Shown: positions 35,701 through 43,696 of the stretch, one piece after another
Numbering within the stretch: position 1 is the first letter of the stretch
Layout: each line of letters begins with the position of its first letter
Virus record (IMG/VR): IMGVR_UViG_3300036406_001149
Reading direction: 5' to 3' (one strand)
Length of the DNA: 64,000 nucleotides
Source: a virus
Notes under the pieces: model-generated
The model's database searches: none
Told to the model about the DNA's origin: nothing
The model's input: the letters and a program-made list of their open reading frames with translations, nothing else
Program-made: the position numbers and the translations under genes

Positions 35701-37308
35701 AGCTGCTCTGATGCTAATAACGAAATGTCCCAGCGTTTTGGACCAGACTGGGAAGAAAATTATACGTTGGTAGGATGTAAAGATATAAGCAAACCAGAAG
35801 ATTATTATTTAGCTTGTAGATATTGTGGACCTAAGCCATGTGGACATACTTTAAGTTATCAAGAAGCTGCTGAACAAGAGTGTCATTGTCCTAAATATGC
35901 TGATTTAGCTGATTCTCCTACAGGGGGTAAAACATGTACATACTCTGTAGACTTAAGCATATGTGAATTAGGACAATACGATGGCTATTGCACAAAATAT
36001 ACTGTTAAAACAGTACCATTATGTGGAGGATATTTAAATGACGGATTATGTACAGTAGCCCCGTCGTGTTTTGCAAAAATTGATGGGCCAACAGAACAAG
36101 AACTAAGAACATATGAAGATGCGTGTGCCAATGTTGATCCTCAATATATTAAAGAATTCGAAGTAAGTAGATCTATTTTAGATGGACCGATTAGCATATT
36201 AGATGACGACCCAGCTGATACAGTAGGGATATATAATAAAAACATAGAGGAACAAGCTAGAATTAATAATGAAAATTGTCAAGTTTATAGACAACAATCA
36301 GAATGCAACAATAACTGCAATCAATATCAAGACCAGACTGCTAGATCTAATTGTTATTGTCAGTGTTCATGTCAATCATCATTAGCTCTAGCCCAAATTG
36401 CTAATAGTCGAGAGTGGTCAATAGGTTGTAGAGCTTCGTGTAATACCTCCGATGGCATTACAGACGGGTCGAATTATGGATATAATTGGAATGGTTATTA
36501 TAATTATTGTGGATATTATTATGGTGGATTTTGTTATTATTATGGATGGTGGTATAATTATGGAACATGTACAGCTTCTAATGGAGAAGTATCTAGACCT
36601 CCTTGTAATTTATCACATTGTGCTGCTAGTAGTTTCCAGAGTCAGTATCAGTGTAATGGTGAAAATAAAAGTGGTTCGGACTACTCTCCATGCTCTAATC
36701 TAGAAGATCGTTTAACAATATACCAAGGACACGTATCTAGTTGTCAATGTACATTAATATCACCACAAGAAGGACAGTATTTTATCCCATATTATAGGCA
36801 AGACCAGGAGACTTCTTGTTATAGAACTAAAACAAATATAGAAACTTTAACACCAACACAACACTCTCATTATACTCGTGAGCGCAAAGCCTATACAAAA
36901 ACTAAAACGGTTTTTGTGCCTCAAGATAAAGCTAAAGAATTGACAGAATCTGTAAAAATTCGTAAAAAAACTTATGAAATCAGTTATAAAAATAAACAAG
37001 ATCAGGATAATCCTCCCGGACAATGTCCTTGTTATGGACAAGAATCTATTAATATCACGATAAAAGTTGAGGTATATCATAATTTAATTATAGCTTTTTT
37101 TGGTTCTGGTGGAGGTAGCGGATCTTCAGGCACTGGAGCAGGCGTGATATCCGGTAGTTCATCTCGTTTAAATAAAATTTGTCTACCAAGAAATACTAGT
37201 AATAAATTTAAGTGTCCTGTTGTAAAATATACTCCACTTAATTCAAAATTATTAATGTGCGATACAACCAGTGTGAAAAAAAGTAATTGTGTTTTGGGGA
37301 GTATATAA
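29728..37308 (+). CDS. Mosaic virion/receptor-binding-like protein (2526 aa) with Gly-rich repeats, a duplicated domain and a Cys/Tyr-rich C-terminus
   Basis: Uninterrupted 7.6-kb ORF with RBS AGGA. Internal repeats are listed separately. Confidence 0.6.
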   Translation: MAACDCDIKNNLLVYELLNNIDNTVFNYDLADYIKPYDVSYSGVWMPYFHTTQPKSIDGSIWKEYTSNTCQSSTPNGLGVANFLYIPQTQGLKNWSVTGPLFMNLDWVVNFQPCANYNETILFWYRYWDINRENDNRLVPGVDLYISDGDFAIINGAPNVTDNLKNSARLIKQSLTSAKITCDVDWLSKLLSSGPQIDWVTEILTGAGIDECEKFEPGWTVESIQYPRDEYYRILPFLKLMSDKPYNDIGTNNYIQSKSDLIYKLVSKCGLQLVIPPNSTTIFTSNFTSDTGPNISISSNQQLFVPSNNPGAGYSVAYSVGDLLFKAAPSGFVNPIMTKYNSTVLADTHRLNTFTLNDKVLGYNLSPVVSGTFDPNISNIQFHGFGGVKINTDIKLGQACDNEFNLNLGGVISITMINGGSDYTSPPTVSIQPSASDSGAGGATGIAVIGDGALQEINIINPGKNYFTPPKVYIVGGGGTGATAVAQVSEDGLITNINLQNRGTGYYSQPTIYLIGCGTEGVAEAELTSSGQVTRVIITNPGSGFTKSPSISFSGGGGSGAQAKGTVAGTQHEFQEDTGELPKARYCSGSTYGQQTVNIPDGLGSGPYYVRITGNVSDDLLVNGTIIDCGRYASGTYKCNNDHSIDYLFKTSSSFFTIAVKNNFGGIISYNLKITFSGSAKYNNTKQFDDKPFFIDNYRPANRVYDTFETGPAAISIGFTTASNSQLRIKENFNLNYLRSASKPSCPAFIETNSQECDCQSLTSIHPNIGIQQASNEFNNVGIPNTSTYYLPSGMYYGGLLSNLVGENGIIIPGHPSPGTPLPKSHAPIFPSNESCKYSRAGCGNGTVYFDIPYPATLKLTTQASKGKFSLLWNGKAVTSTKTGSDELILTKSTASPASVQVTFGGATADDPEIQWGVSLDAIQNTYTQQVVSAGFSMVGSKGFFHPNFGWTYDSRYSNKTAVLPQGTTVLATQSISYGSSVNWGGYCNPQIAGEKIITIPNNIALPVYVNIKGFVDDDLVINGDVIEPGKYPYWIFPCNGAHNVDYTFLCNERSFTVAAADNIGGWVGYNLDIKFQSATNYFYSAYSMYDEEYLEGYNFIFNETNLSVYQKENIAYAKYLGIPTQGGAYLVTDKWRKIRYTPTESLILDLVPFEYINLDYFVNDHGRFINDLIYEQVGVDSIRITSLDGTNRATSYFDIVNPTYQTWKVVLYSRLNLNKNFEATINYIQDNIIYLRQNLPSKNIDQGIDYSSGLIRKINEELDDYVPSILVLRPYKTVRDDYISVGKWGNMSYGKAALNATQALPKYNNSTLRTSVYPNTYFTWGVPLAFYNGYDPDNKSYYFPLTRIWAEKYSNQRILHVLGQNNQYPVGNPNPQGDMIISSGSISGRQDYIYVGTYTGPIRIEINIDRANSIQTQKYDVVLYYNGSEVSRQRVNNNNQFTFYSNKSSYLGLYAIVKIEQNQSGCTNSNTAYITGTVSLRSYSVIANTNNNDLKQTTRLCYHKHETINKDSMFPKSLVAGIGGALTLCNTKIAPLSYNKDTTNFNLLKTKDFSPLLDLHIFSSLEKHQPVKSNGGIVFFEDFLQPKPLNFSMQIPYNENFFWIDIPHNTEWQLLTKKGIIFKSNQVYKVLKKLKYTCQGDASLCSSRYKKNICQDEYSLSIGDLWDKLGLTAQDSQYFDVVSVSFPGDCGNIDYCCEPGDWNCANSQAQQRDRCYSFWNDYKVDVNCQSATDPNTNPQCLDSISQPTNAKGTIRATTEYFVLKLKENILPYLHNITNPRFHFFRNASTVPIPCTSTTLNSVGTSFLVNYFCNIITDKCEYIFPKDYSLGSEYTPGNFIDLSPSILDPGNAIINTPPLSVILSNEEKYRSIVSHPNNISPPLKEYDPEADTKYCITKTFTIKGTDNCIAPGLLFRLEVDNFRCQFSLDKDIEGNVSIKSCFDDLTLKTKDNNATFTVSRTIAEGTFSCNSNGDPVTGGSPPDNFFNQQDFSCSDANNEMSQRFGPDWEENYTLVGCKDISKPEDYYLACRYCGPKPCGHTLSYQEAAEQECHCPKYADLADSPTGGKTCTYSVDLSICELGQYDGYCTKYTVKTVPLCGGYLNDGLCTVAPSCFAKIDGPTEQELRTYEDACANVDPQYIKEFEVSRSILDGPISILDDDPADTVGIYNKNIEEQARINNENCQVYRQQSECNNNCNQYQDQTARSNCYCQCSCQSSLALAQIANSREWSIGCRASCNTSDGITDGSNYGYNWNGYYNYCGYYYGGFCYYYGWWYNYGTCTASNGEVSRPPCNLSHCAASSFQSQYQCNGENKSGSDYSPCSNLEDRLTIYQGHVSSCQCTLISPQEGQYFIPYYRQDQETSCYRTKTNIETLTPTQHSHYTRERKAYTKTKTVFVPQDKAKELTESVKIRKKTYEISYKNKQDQDNPPGQCPCYGQESINITIKVEVYHNLIIAFFGSGGGSGSSGTGAGVISGSSSRLNKICLPRNTSNKFKCPVVKYTPLNSKLLMCDTTSVKKSNCVLGSI
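30952..31430 (+). repeat. About four tandem 36-39 aa Gly-rich repeats (I-x-I-x-N-x-G-x-x-Y...P-x-V-x-I-x-GGGG-x-GA-x-A-x-A)
   Basis: MINGGSDYTSPPTVSI / IINPGKNYFTPPKVYIVGGGGTGATAVA / LQNRGTGYYSQPTIYLIG / ITNPGSGFTKSPSISFSGGGGSGAQAKG. Confidence 0.85.
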
Positions 37309-39194
37309 TGACATATCAATATATAGATACTAATGGAGCCATACAGGATTGCGACACATCTGGGCAATCTTCCAGAAAATGTTATCCAGATACTTGTTCT
37401 AATACAAAAAGCACATTTAATGCTTGTAGTGGAAATACTTTGAACGCATGGTTTAGTGGAGGGTCATGGGGATATTATGGTAAAATAGGTGACGATTTAA
37501 TCTTTTTATATAGTGAAGTAGAAGCCCCAGACGAATATCTATGTAATTATCCAAGAGTTTGTGGATCTAATTATTATTATTCTTGGTCATATAATAATTT
37601 TTATAACTACTGGTGGAATTATGGATATAATGATTATTATCAAAACTATTCTAATGCTTGTACTAGCAATACATGGGGTATGGGTTTTTGGTGGGGATGG
37701 TCGGGAGAACAAAGGCCAAAATGCGATGATGAAAGAGGAGACTGTACTTTTCCGAGATTAGTAAACTGCAAGACCCGGAGATGTGTGAATGGAACATATT
37801 CATCTTATGATAATTGTCAAGCTATCAACGGAGAAGACAGGAAAAGATGTTGTGCATTACCGACAGGTTGGAATTGTGCAGAAAATGAGAATCACGACGG
37901 GTCGGCTGGATGCGACTACTCATATGCTATTGTAAAAAAAACATATACAGTTGAGTATGAATTAGTTAAAGATCCGTACGTTTGTGTTGAAGAATATCCA
38001 GAGTACCCCGAAACATCTTGCGAAAGTTTTTATAGTTATTATAGCTGGTATTATTATTATAATAATGGTAATTATTTCTATAATAATTTTCCAGTATCAT
38101 CCTATCCTGACAAGTGTTATACATGTGTCACTAATTGCGACCCTCCTCAGAGATGTGTAGGACAAAGCGGTGATGGTTCTTGTGTCGGATCATGCTGTCC
38201 TGGAAAAGAACCCAAAGAACATTATACAAAAATAGACACCCAAATCTTTCGTAAATCATGGAGATTTGAAAAAGAAGATTGTGCTTGTACATGTCAACCG
38301 TGTTTAAAATGTTCTGAATATGATGATTGTACATTTGCTAATTATACTTCATTAGGAAATAACGGATTAAACTGGGGAACATTTTCTAATATTGGAAGCG
38401 ATTGTTGTAATCAAAATAATTCTAATGATTATTATTATGGATATTATTATGGTTACTATTATTATGCTCCTCCACTATGTCCTAACGATGACTTCACCCC
38501 ACCGTCTGTAAAATGGTATTGTTATAATGGTACCTGTCAATCAGGCAGTTTTGTTCCTGTGGGAGCAAAAGAATTTTCTTCTAAATATGCCTGTTTGAAT
38601 GGAGGATGTGAGCACGGAGATGGAGATGAAAATAGATGTTATGAACCACCAAATAGTTATACTACAGGATTATGTTGTGATAAAGATTTTATGAACAATA
38701 ATAGAGACAGAGCAAATCAGACCAATAGCTGTTGGACAGCTGGTCCTTCATACACAGAAAATATTAAAACTAATATAGGAACATCAGAATGTAGAACAGA
38801 TATATCATATCAAGCTGAAAAATGCACTTTTAAACCCAAATATTGCACTATGAAAAGAGTAGAAGAAGTTCGTACAACAGATACATACGAATATGAGATA
38901 GAAATGCCTGAAACAGTGACCCCAGGGTGGGAGGCTTGTACTAGATCATATTCAGGAGGTTATTATTATGGTGGAGTTAATGCACCAAACTATACTAATT
39001 TATGTGATCCAGAATCTTTACAAACCTGTATAAATAACTATAATAATAGCACTATAGCTCCTGATTTTGACACAGGTAAAACCATAGTAAAATACTCTTT
39101 AAAATATAATCCAGAAGCAATTGTTGGATCCACGACCGTTAAATTAAATGTTTACTATTGTAAGATAACAACGAAACCCTGTACTGAATCATAA
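37308..39194 (+). CDS. Cys- and Tyr-rich protein (628 aa from the ATG at 37308)
   Basis: ATG overlaps the upstream stop (TAATG) and follows GGGGAG, so it is preferred over the listed 37287 start. About 50 Cys by manual count. Confidence 0.7.
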   Translation: MTYQYIDTNGAIQDCDTSGQSSRKCYPDTCSNTKSTFNACSGNTLNAWFSGGSWGYYGKIGDDLIFLYSEVEAPDEYLCNYPRVCGSNYYYSWSYNNFYNYWWNYGYNDYYQNYSNACTSNTWGMGFWWGWSGEQRPKCDDERGDCTFPRLVNCKTRRCVNGTYSSYDNCQAINGEDRKRCCALPTGWNCAENENHDGSAGCDYSYAIVKKTYTVEYELVKDPYVCVEEYPEYPETSCESFYSYYSWYYYYNNGNYFYNNFPVSSYPDKCYTCVTNCDPPQRCVGQSGDGSCVGSCCPGKEPKEHYTKIDTQIFRKSWRFEKEDCACTCQPCLKCSEYDDCTFANYTSLGNNGLNWGTFSNIGSDCCNQNNSNDYYYGYYYGYYYYAPPLCPNDDFTPPSVKWYCYNGTCQSGSFVPVGAKEFSSKYACLNGGCEHGDGDENRCYEPPNSYTTGLCCDKDFMNNNRDRANQTNSCWTAGPSYTENIKTNIGTSECRTDISYQAEKCTFKPKYCTMKRVEEVRTTDTYEYEIEMPETVTPGWEACTRSYSGGYYYGGVNAPNYTNLCDPESLQTCINNYNNSTIAPDFDTGKTIVKYSLKYNPEAIVGSTTVKLNVYYCKITTKPCTES

Positions 39195-39206
39195 AAGGAA
39201 TTTTAT

Positions 39207-39758
39207 ATGACAGATGTAAATATTTTTTGTTCTTTTCAACAATCAAATTTAAATCCTAATTTATATGTATGTCAACATTGTGGTAATGTAGTTGATCAAA
39301 AAAATTACCATCCAGCTTCATTGCCTATGTGTCCAGTTTTAACCGATGTGTCCGCTATGAATCCGGACGTAAATCAGGTCAAATTAGCAGAAGTTGCTGT
39401 TTCAAACGACGGAGGAAAAACATTCGTATCCGTAACCAAAGATACTCAACCAACAGCTATTTTAGAGGATTGGTGGTTTTATAAACCATTTGGAGGTAAT
39501 GCCTTAGAAACAAAACCTCCTAGACCACAACAATACGAAAATGATAACCAAAACAGAAAACAATGTACTCAGGCGCAAATAGACGAAAGATTAAAAATTT
39601 GTCATGGTTGTGAGTTTTATAAGAATAATACCTGTTTAAAGTGTGGATGTGCATTATCTAGAGAAAAAACCTATATGAATAAACTACTATGGGCTGATCA
39701 AAAATGCCCAGTAGAAAAATGGGGTCCTATTCCAGAATCGACAGATCTTGAGATTTAA
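39207..39758 (+). CDS. Cys-motif protein with C-terminal R..IC..CE...C..CGC.L...CP..KW domain (DUF6171-like)
   Basis: RLKICHGCEFYKNNTCLKCGCALSREKTYMNKLLWADQKCPVEKW. RBS AAGGA. Family name recalled from the motif, not searched. Confidence 0.6.
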   Translation: MTDVNIFCSFQQSNLNPNLYVCQHCGNVVDQKNYHPASLPMCPVLTDVSAMNPDVNQVKLAEVAVSNDGGKTFVSVTKDTQPTAILEDWWFYKPFGGNALETKPPRPQQYENDNQNRKQCTQAQIDERLKICHGCEFYKNNTCLKCGCALSREKTYMNKLLWADQKCPVEKWGPIPESTDLEI

Positions 39759-40671
39759 CTGTTTTTATAGGCAATGTATTCTGATTAATTTTAAAAGAAT
39801 GAATTTTGATTAGTTGACCTTGATGTGTTAGTGTTTGCGTTTTTTCTATAATTTTATTACCGTACATTATTCTAATCTGAACTTTTGTATTAGATTGTCT
39901 TCTATCCCACTGTTTAAAATAATGAAGATAAACATCATACATGCCATAAGGAGCATGACCTCTTGGCCAAAAAATATTTTCTACAGGTTCTATAGTTAGC
40001 AAATTAGGGTTAGCATTTCTATCTATATCTAAACAACCTCCTGTCATACCAACAGGATTCTGCCAATTAATAGGATCAACTTTATCTTTTGCTCTGCACA
40101 TTATCCATAGATCAATATCGTTTGTGTTATTCCATATAATAGACGCTTGCACATCACCAGTTTTTGCTCCATTAGCCCCAAGTCTTCTACCCATTTCGTC
40201 TGTTCCATTATGACCACTAGGGATATTTCCGGAACCTGATCCATGAGAAATAATATCTTCTTGGGAGTTATTATTTATACTTGCTAACAAAGTAGCATTA
40301 TCTATGATAGGAAGAGTATCATTTACAGATGCATTATCAGGTATTTCTATTCCATCAACAGACAGCTGTTCTGGTTCTATTTGAATTTCTGTATATGAAG
40401 CCAAAGTAGTATCATCAGATACTTCTTTTGCCCCTTTTTGTTTATCCGTTAGTTCTTCAATAGATACCAACGGATCTAAATTAATATCTTCTATTTGATC
40501 ATTGGAAAATTGTAGATCAATAGCAATTTTTTTACAATATTTTTGTTCTGGTACATACAGTAAGAGTAGCAATAATACTATCGTATGTACGATTAAAGAC
40601 TGTAAAGTTCCAGTTTCTATCCACCAGTCGATCAGTCGTCTTTGTCTTTCTCTTTTTGCCACTTGTGCCAA
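39727..40671 (-). CDS. Membrane-anchored protein with C-terminal YfaP/DUF2135-like domain
   Basis: Hydrophobic segment SLIVHTIVLLLLLLYV, acidic linker, then GDVQASIIWNNTNDIDLW...LDID.N...PVENIFWP...G.YDVYLHYF. Start codon uncertain (TTG or GTG). Confidence 0.6.
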   Translation of the reverse strand: MAQVAKRERQRRLIDWWIETGTLQSLIVHTIVLLLLLLYVPEQKYCKKIAIDLQFSNDQIEDINLDPLVSIEELTDKQKGAKEVSDDTTLASYTEIQIEPEQLSVDGIEIPDNASVNDTLPIIDNATLLASINNNSQEDIISHGSGSGNIPSGHNGTDEMGRRLGANGAKTGDVQASIIWNNTNDIDLWIMCRAKDKVDPINWQNPVGMTGGCLDIDRNANPNLLTIEPVENIFWPRGHAPYGMYDVYLHYFKQWDRRQSNTKVQIRIMYGNKIIEKTQTLTHQGQLIKIHSFKINQNTLPIKTVKSQDLSILE

Positions 40672-40970
40672 CCTTTATTGGGTAACCAATTGTTTTGATC
40701 GTCTTTCCTTTTGGGAAATAACGTTCCACCTTTTTTATGCTGTCCAAACGCTAGTGTAGCCCCACATCCTTGAGAACCACACCTCATTTCATAATAATCG
40801 TTGCTCTCAACATTGCGAACAACAAATTTTAGATCTGCTCCTTTGCATACCCCACATTGTTCTTCGCCAAAAATTTCTTGTACACTAGCTAATTCTTTAA
40901 AGACTTCTTTTTGTCCTTCTGCTTCTATTTCAAATTGTAGTTTATTATTTGCTTTATAATTCACTTTCAT
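40632..40970 (-). CDS. Hypothetical Zn-ribbon protein (112 aa)
   Basis: CGVC...RCGSQGCG motifs. RBS GGAG overlapping the upstream stop. Confidence 0.6.
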   Translation of the reverse strand: MKVNYKANNKLQFEIEAEGQKEVFKELASVQEIFGEEQCGVCKGADLKFVVRNVESNDYYEMRCGSQGCGATLAFGQHKKGGTLFPKRKDDQNNWLPNKGWHKWQKEKDKDD

Positions 40971-40972
40971 AA

Positions 40973-41704
40973 CTATCTCCAGTTAGATTCATAGCCCATA
41001 AGTTTTTCCGGTATATCATTCATATTTTGCTGATAACGGGACAGTTCCCTGATAACCCGAATACCATCAGTATGAGATATATTATGCACATTATCCTCTA
41101 TAATATCTAATGATGATAGGAGATGCAAGATATTAATATTTAATCTTTGTCCTAAAGTATCCATAAAATTTAACTGATTAGGAGCAATTTTGTTCACACT
41201 ATCCCCATTTGGATCGTCTTCTATAGCAGATGATAGTTCTTCTGCTGCCACCACTTTTCTTAATCTTAATCCTCTTCTTAGGGCTCTTCCTTCTGCTCTG
41301 GTTTCTGCTACAGCAACAGGGTGATTACGGTAGATTTTATCACAATTGCCCCAATAAACGTCCGCAGAGCCAGTTACCGACCTGACTTTTAAATCTTCGT
41401 CGCTACAGACCACAGAATTTAATACGTAGGTCAGGGTGTGAGTTACTGTTGCTCTTTTTTCATTCTCCGGAGTAGGAGATTGAACAATATCTGTATTAGA
41501 GTGAACTACCACACAATTTAAGGCCAATTCAAAGACTCGACGCAAACCATCGACAGTGGGATTTCCGTCTATTTTTTCCTCGTCTGTGAGAAGGCTCAAA
41601 ACATAATCATTCCAACCAACGTCATTATATGACAAAGGAGACGAAGGTGCTTCGGTCGTTGTTTCAACAGGTTCTACAGGAGCCTCTTTTTTGATTTTAA
41701 TCAT
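40973..41704 (-). CDS. Putative single-strand annealing protein (Rad52/Sak-like)
   Basis: RATVTHTL...VTGSAD...HPVAVAETRAEGRALRRGL resembles the conserved AETxAxGRAL helix of Rad52-fold phage annealases. Confidence 0.55.
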   Translation of the reverse strand: MIKIKKEAPVEPVETTTEAPSSPLSYNDVGWNDYVLSLLTDEEKIDGNPTVDGLRRVFELALNCVVVHSNTDIVQSPTPENEKRATVTHTLTYVLNSVVCSDEDLKVRSVTGSADVYWGNCDKIYRNHPVAVAETRAEGRALRRGLRLRKVVAAEELSSAIEDDPNGDSVNKIAPNQLNFMDTLGQRLNINILHLLSSLDIIEDNVHNISHTDGIRVIRELSRYQQNMNDIPEKLMGYESNWR

Positions 41705-41710
41705 TATCTT

Positions 41711-42502
41711 TTAATCCTCTATTTCTATGTATCTTTTGTCTCTATCTGGAAATTTATTTTTTATAGTTCGTAATTCATCAAGTAGTTTTTCTAATAATAT
41801 CCGCGCCCTTGTGTCAGAATAATCTTTTGTTTGCTTAATTCTTATCAAGACCAACTCTTTACCTAAGATTAAACCATTCTTTTTAGTATCGTATTTTTGA
41901 TTTTTCTTTAGTACATCCTCGCCCCATACTGGTTCAAAATGAGAAGGACCATCTACTTCTATCGCTACGGACATAGTAGGCAGAAACAGATCAATTTGCA
42001 ATCTCGTATTTGATAAAATTTGTTCCTTATGGAAGTCTACTTTGTAGTCGCATTCTAGTAGTTTATATAATAAAAAATTCTCTAACTTGGATCCGGTTTT
42101 TGAAGATTCTCTGACAGCCATATTAGCTTTGTGTAGTATATTTTGTTTCTCGTCGTGAGATTTATTACTCCACGCTATTTTAGCTTTTTCTTGTCTTTCT
42201 TTAAGAGCATTTTCGTCAAGAGCTTGCCAAGATTCGTAAACTCCTAAACCAATTTTTTGTTTTTCTTCTTCTGTGCGTATTTTTCCCTTTGTTGGATGTT
42301 TATGAGATCCATTCGCTAGTGCGTTTTTTTGCGCTTCGCTCTTGTCTCTAATTTTAATTCCAAACTTAATAGCATCACGACGCAATTTATTAGGATATGT
42401 TTCGTATTTTTTAGCCAGATCTATAAAACTTAATTTACCAATATCGTATTGTTGTTCTAAGATCTTTTGTTTTTGATTATCGGACAAATTATCGTATGAC
42501 AT
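41711..42502 (-). CDS. Free-standing endonuclease (Vsr/DUF559/EDxHD-like) with N-terminal HTH and NUMOD3-like motif
   Basis: C-terminal QIDLFLP...AIEVDGPSHF. N-terminal KGKIRTEEEKQKIG. Confidence 0.7.
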   Translation of the reverse strand: MSYDNLSDNQKQKILEQQYDIGKLSFIDLAKKYETYPNKLRRDAIKFGIKIRDKSEAQKNALANGSHKHPTKGKIRTEEEKQKIGLGVYESWQALDENALKERQEKAKIAWSNKSHDEKQNILHKANMAVRESSKTGSKLENFLLYKLLECDYKVDFHKEQILSNTRLQIDLFLPTMSVAIEVDGPSHFEPVWGEDVLKKNQKYDTKKNGLILGKELVLIRIKQTKDYSDTRARILLEKLLDELRTIKNKFPDRDKRYIEIED

Positions 42503-42941
42503 TGTATATGTTTTCCGGAGTTAATGCTTCTATATAGATAGGTTTTTTCCATGTTAATTGAAGTAGTGTGTCAATGTCTTTATTACAAGTAATAACATCT
42601 ATTTTTGGATTATCGAAAATCTTTTCCCATAATTCATAATTAATATTATAGTTTTTCGTCCACGCTACATTATCGTTATGAATATAAAAAATATGTTTAA
42701 TATTTGGAAAATTAATTGCCAAATCAATTGATAAAATATCCCAAGTAATGAGTGTATCATAACAGTATTTAGCTTCGTGTATAGGCAATACTGGAAAATT
42801 CTTTAAAATATTTTCTGTATTGTATCCAAACGTAAACATTCGTAGATTAATATCGTCATGATGATATGTTAATTCGTTCAGAGCACTAACAATGCCATGA
42901 CACGAATCGTCTGAAACAATGCACATCATACCTAAATTCAT
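42489..42941 (-). CDS. Hypothetical protein in glycosylation cluster
   Basis: ORF is translationally coupled to its neighbours. Weak resemblance to a GT-B N-terminal lobe. Confidence 0.45.
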   Translation of the reverse strand: MNLGMMCIVSDDSCHGIVSALNELTYHHDDINLRMFTFGYNTENILKNFPVLPIHEAKYCYDTLITWDILSIDLAINFPNIKHIFYIHNDNVAWTKNYNINYELWEKIFDNPKIDVITCNKDIDTLLQLTWKKPIYIEALTPENIYNVIR

Positions 42942-43696
42942 ACAGATAATCCTAATTGTTTTGTGATATTGGAAATAAATTTATTACTATCTATAGATAA
43001 ATTTTCTACTCTAAAGGAACAACTATCTATAGTATCAATAGTATCTGGTTTCTTAACAGATAATAGTTGATTAGATATCAAATTAATAACTGGTTTTTTC
43101 ATCATTAATGCGTCTACATAATACAAATTATCTATATTTATATAATAAGCACACTGCTTGATAAGATTCAAGATTTTATCCTCTGATGCAACACCCAGAT
43201 TCTGTACATGCTCTACTTTGGGATTATTAATCAATTTAACTGGCATAGTTGTATTCTCGGGGTAGAATAGTTTATTTAGAGATCCTATCATATCAGGAGC
43301 TTCTAGACAAGACATATTGCATAATATATATGAACTATTGCTTGTTGTTTGATTATTACTAGTATTAGGATATTCATCATATAACAAATAATCATTAGTA
43401 CTAATAAAGACAAAATTTTCATTCTTAATATTATTAGTATTTTCAGTATTTAATAAAACAATTTTTGTATTAGTGATTAAATTTTTTTGTATAATATCAT
43501 TTATGCAATTTTGTATATGGTAATTTGATAATACATAATTATCTAATAATAAATATTTAGGCTTATAATGTAAAATTATTTCGTAAATATTATCTGGATT
43601 AAATAAATTCATAGACACAACACCTGTAATATTACAGATGTTTTTATAAAACAAAAGATTGGTTCTAGAAGGATTATTATTAGAATATATGTTCAT
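42938..43696 (-). CDS. Glycosyltransferase-like protein (divergent GT-B)
   Basis: C-terminal NLGVASEDKILNLIKQCAYYINIDNLYYVDALMMKKPVINL resembles the GT-B nucleotide-sugar binding segment. Confidence 0.45.
   Translation of the reverse strand: MNIYSNNNPSRTNLLFYKNICNITGVVSMNLFNPDNIYEIILHYKPKYLLLDNYVLSNYHIQNCINDIIQKNLITNTKIVLLNTENTNNIKNENFVFISTNDYLLYDEYPNTSNNQTTSNSSYILCNMSCLEAPDMIGSLNKLFYPENTTMPVKLINNPKVEHVQNLGVASEDKILNLIKQCAYYINIDNLYYVDALMMKKPVINLISNQLLSVKKPDTIDTIDSCSFRVENLSIDSNKFISNITKQLGLSV

Noticed and set aside
37287-37307. Listed start MCFGEYI for the Cys-rich protein
   Set aside because: The ATG at 37308 has an RBS (GGGGAG) and a TAATG stop-start overlap.
45-37367. Many short minus-strand and alternative-frame ORFs inside the plus-strand structural genes (e.g. 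3281..3979, 9395..9718, 10304..10828)
   Set aside because: They are fully nested in long, motif-bearing ORFs, have no RBS or recognisable motifs, and read as antisense shadows.
36471-38975. Tyr-rich patches as diversity-generating retroelement variable regions
   Set aside because: No reverse transcriptase and no ~100-bp template/variable repeat pair differing only at adenines in the window. Only a 16-bp match was found. A TR/RT elsewhere in the genome cannot be excluded.
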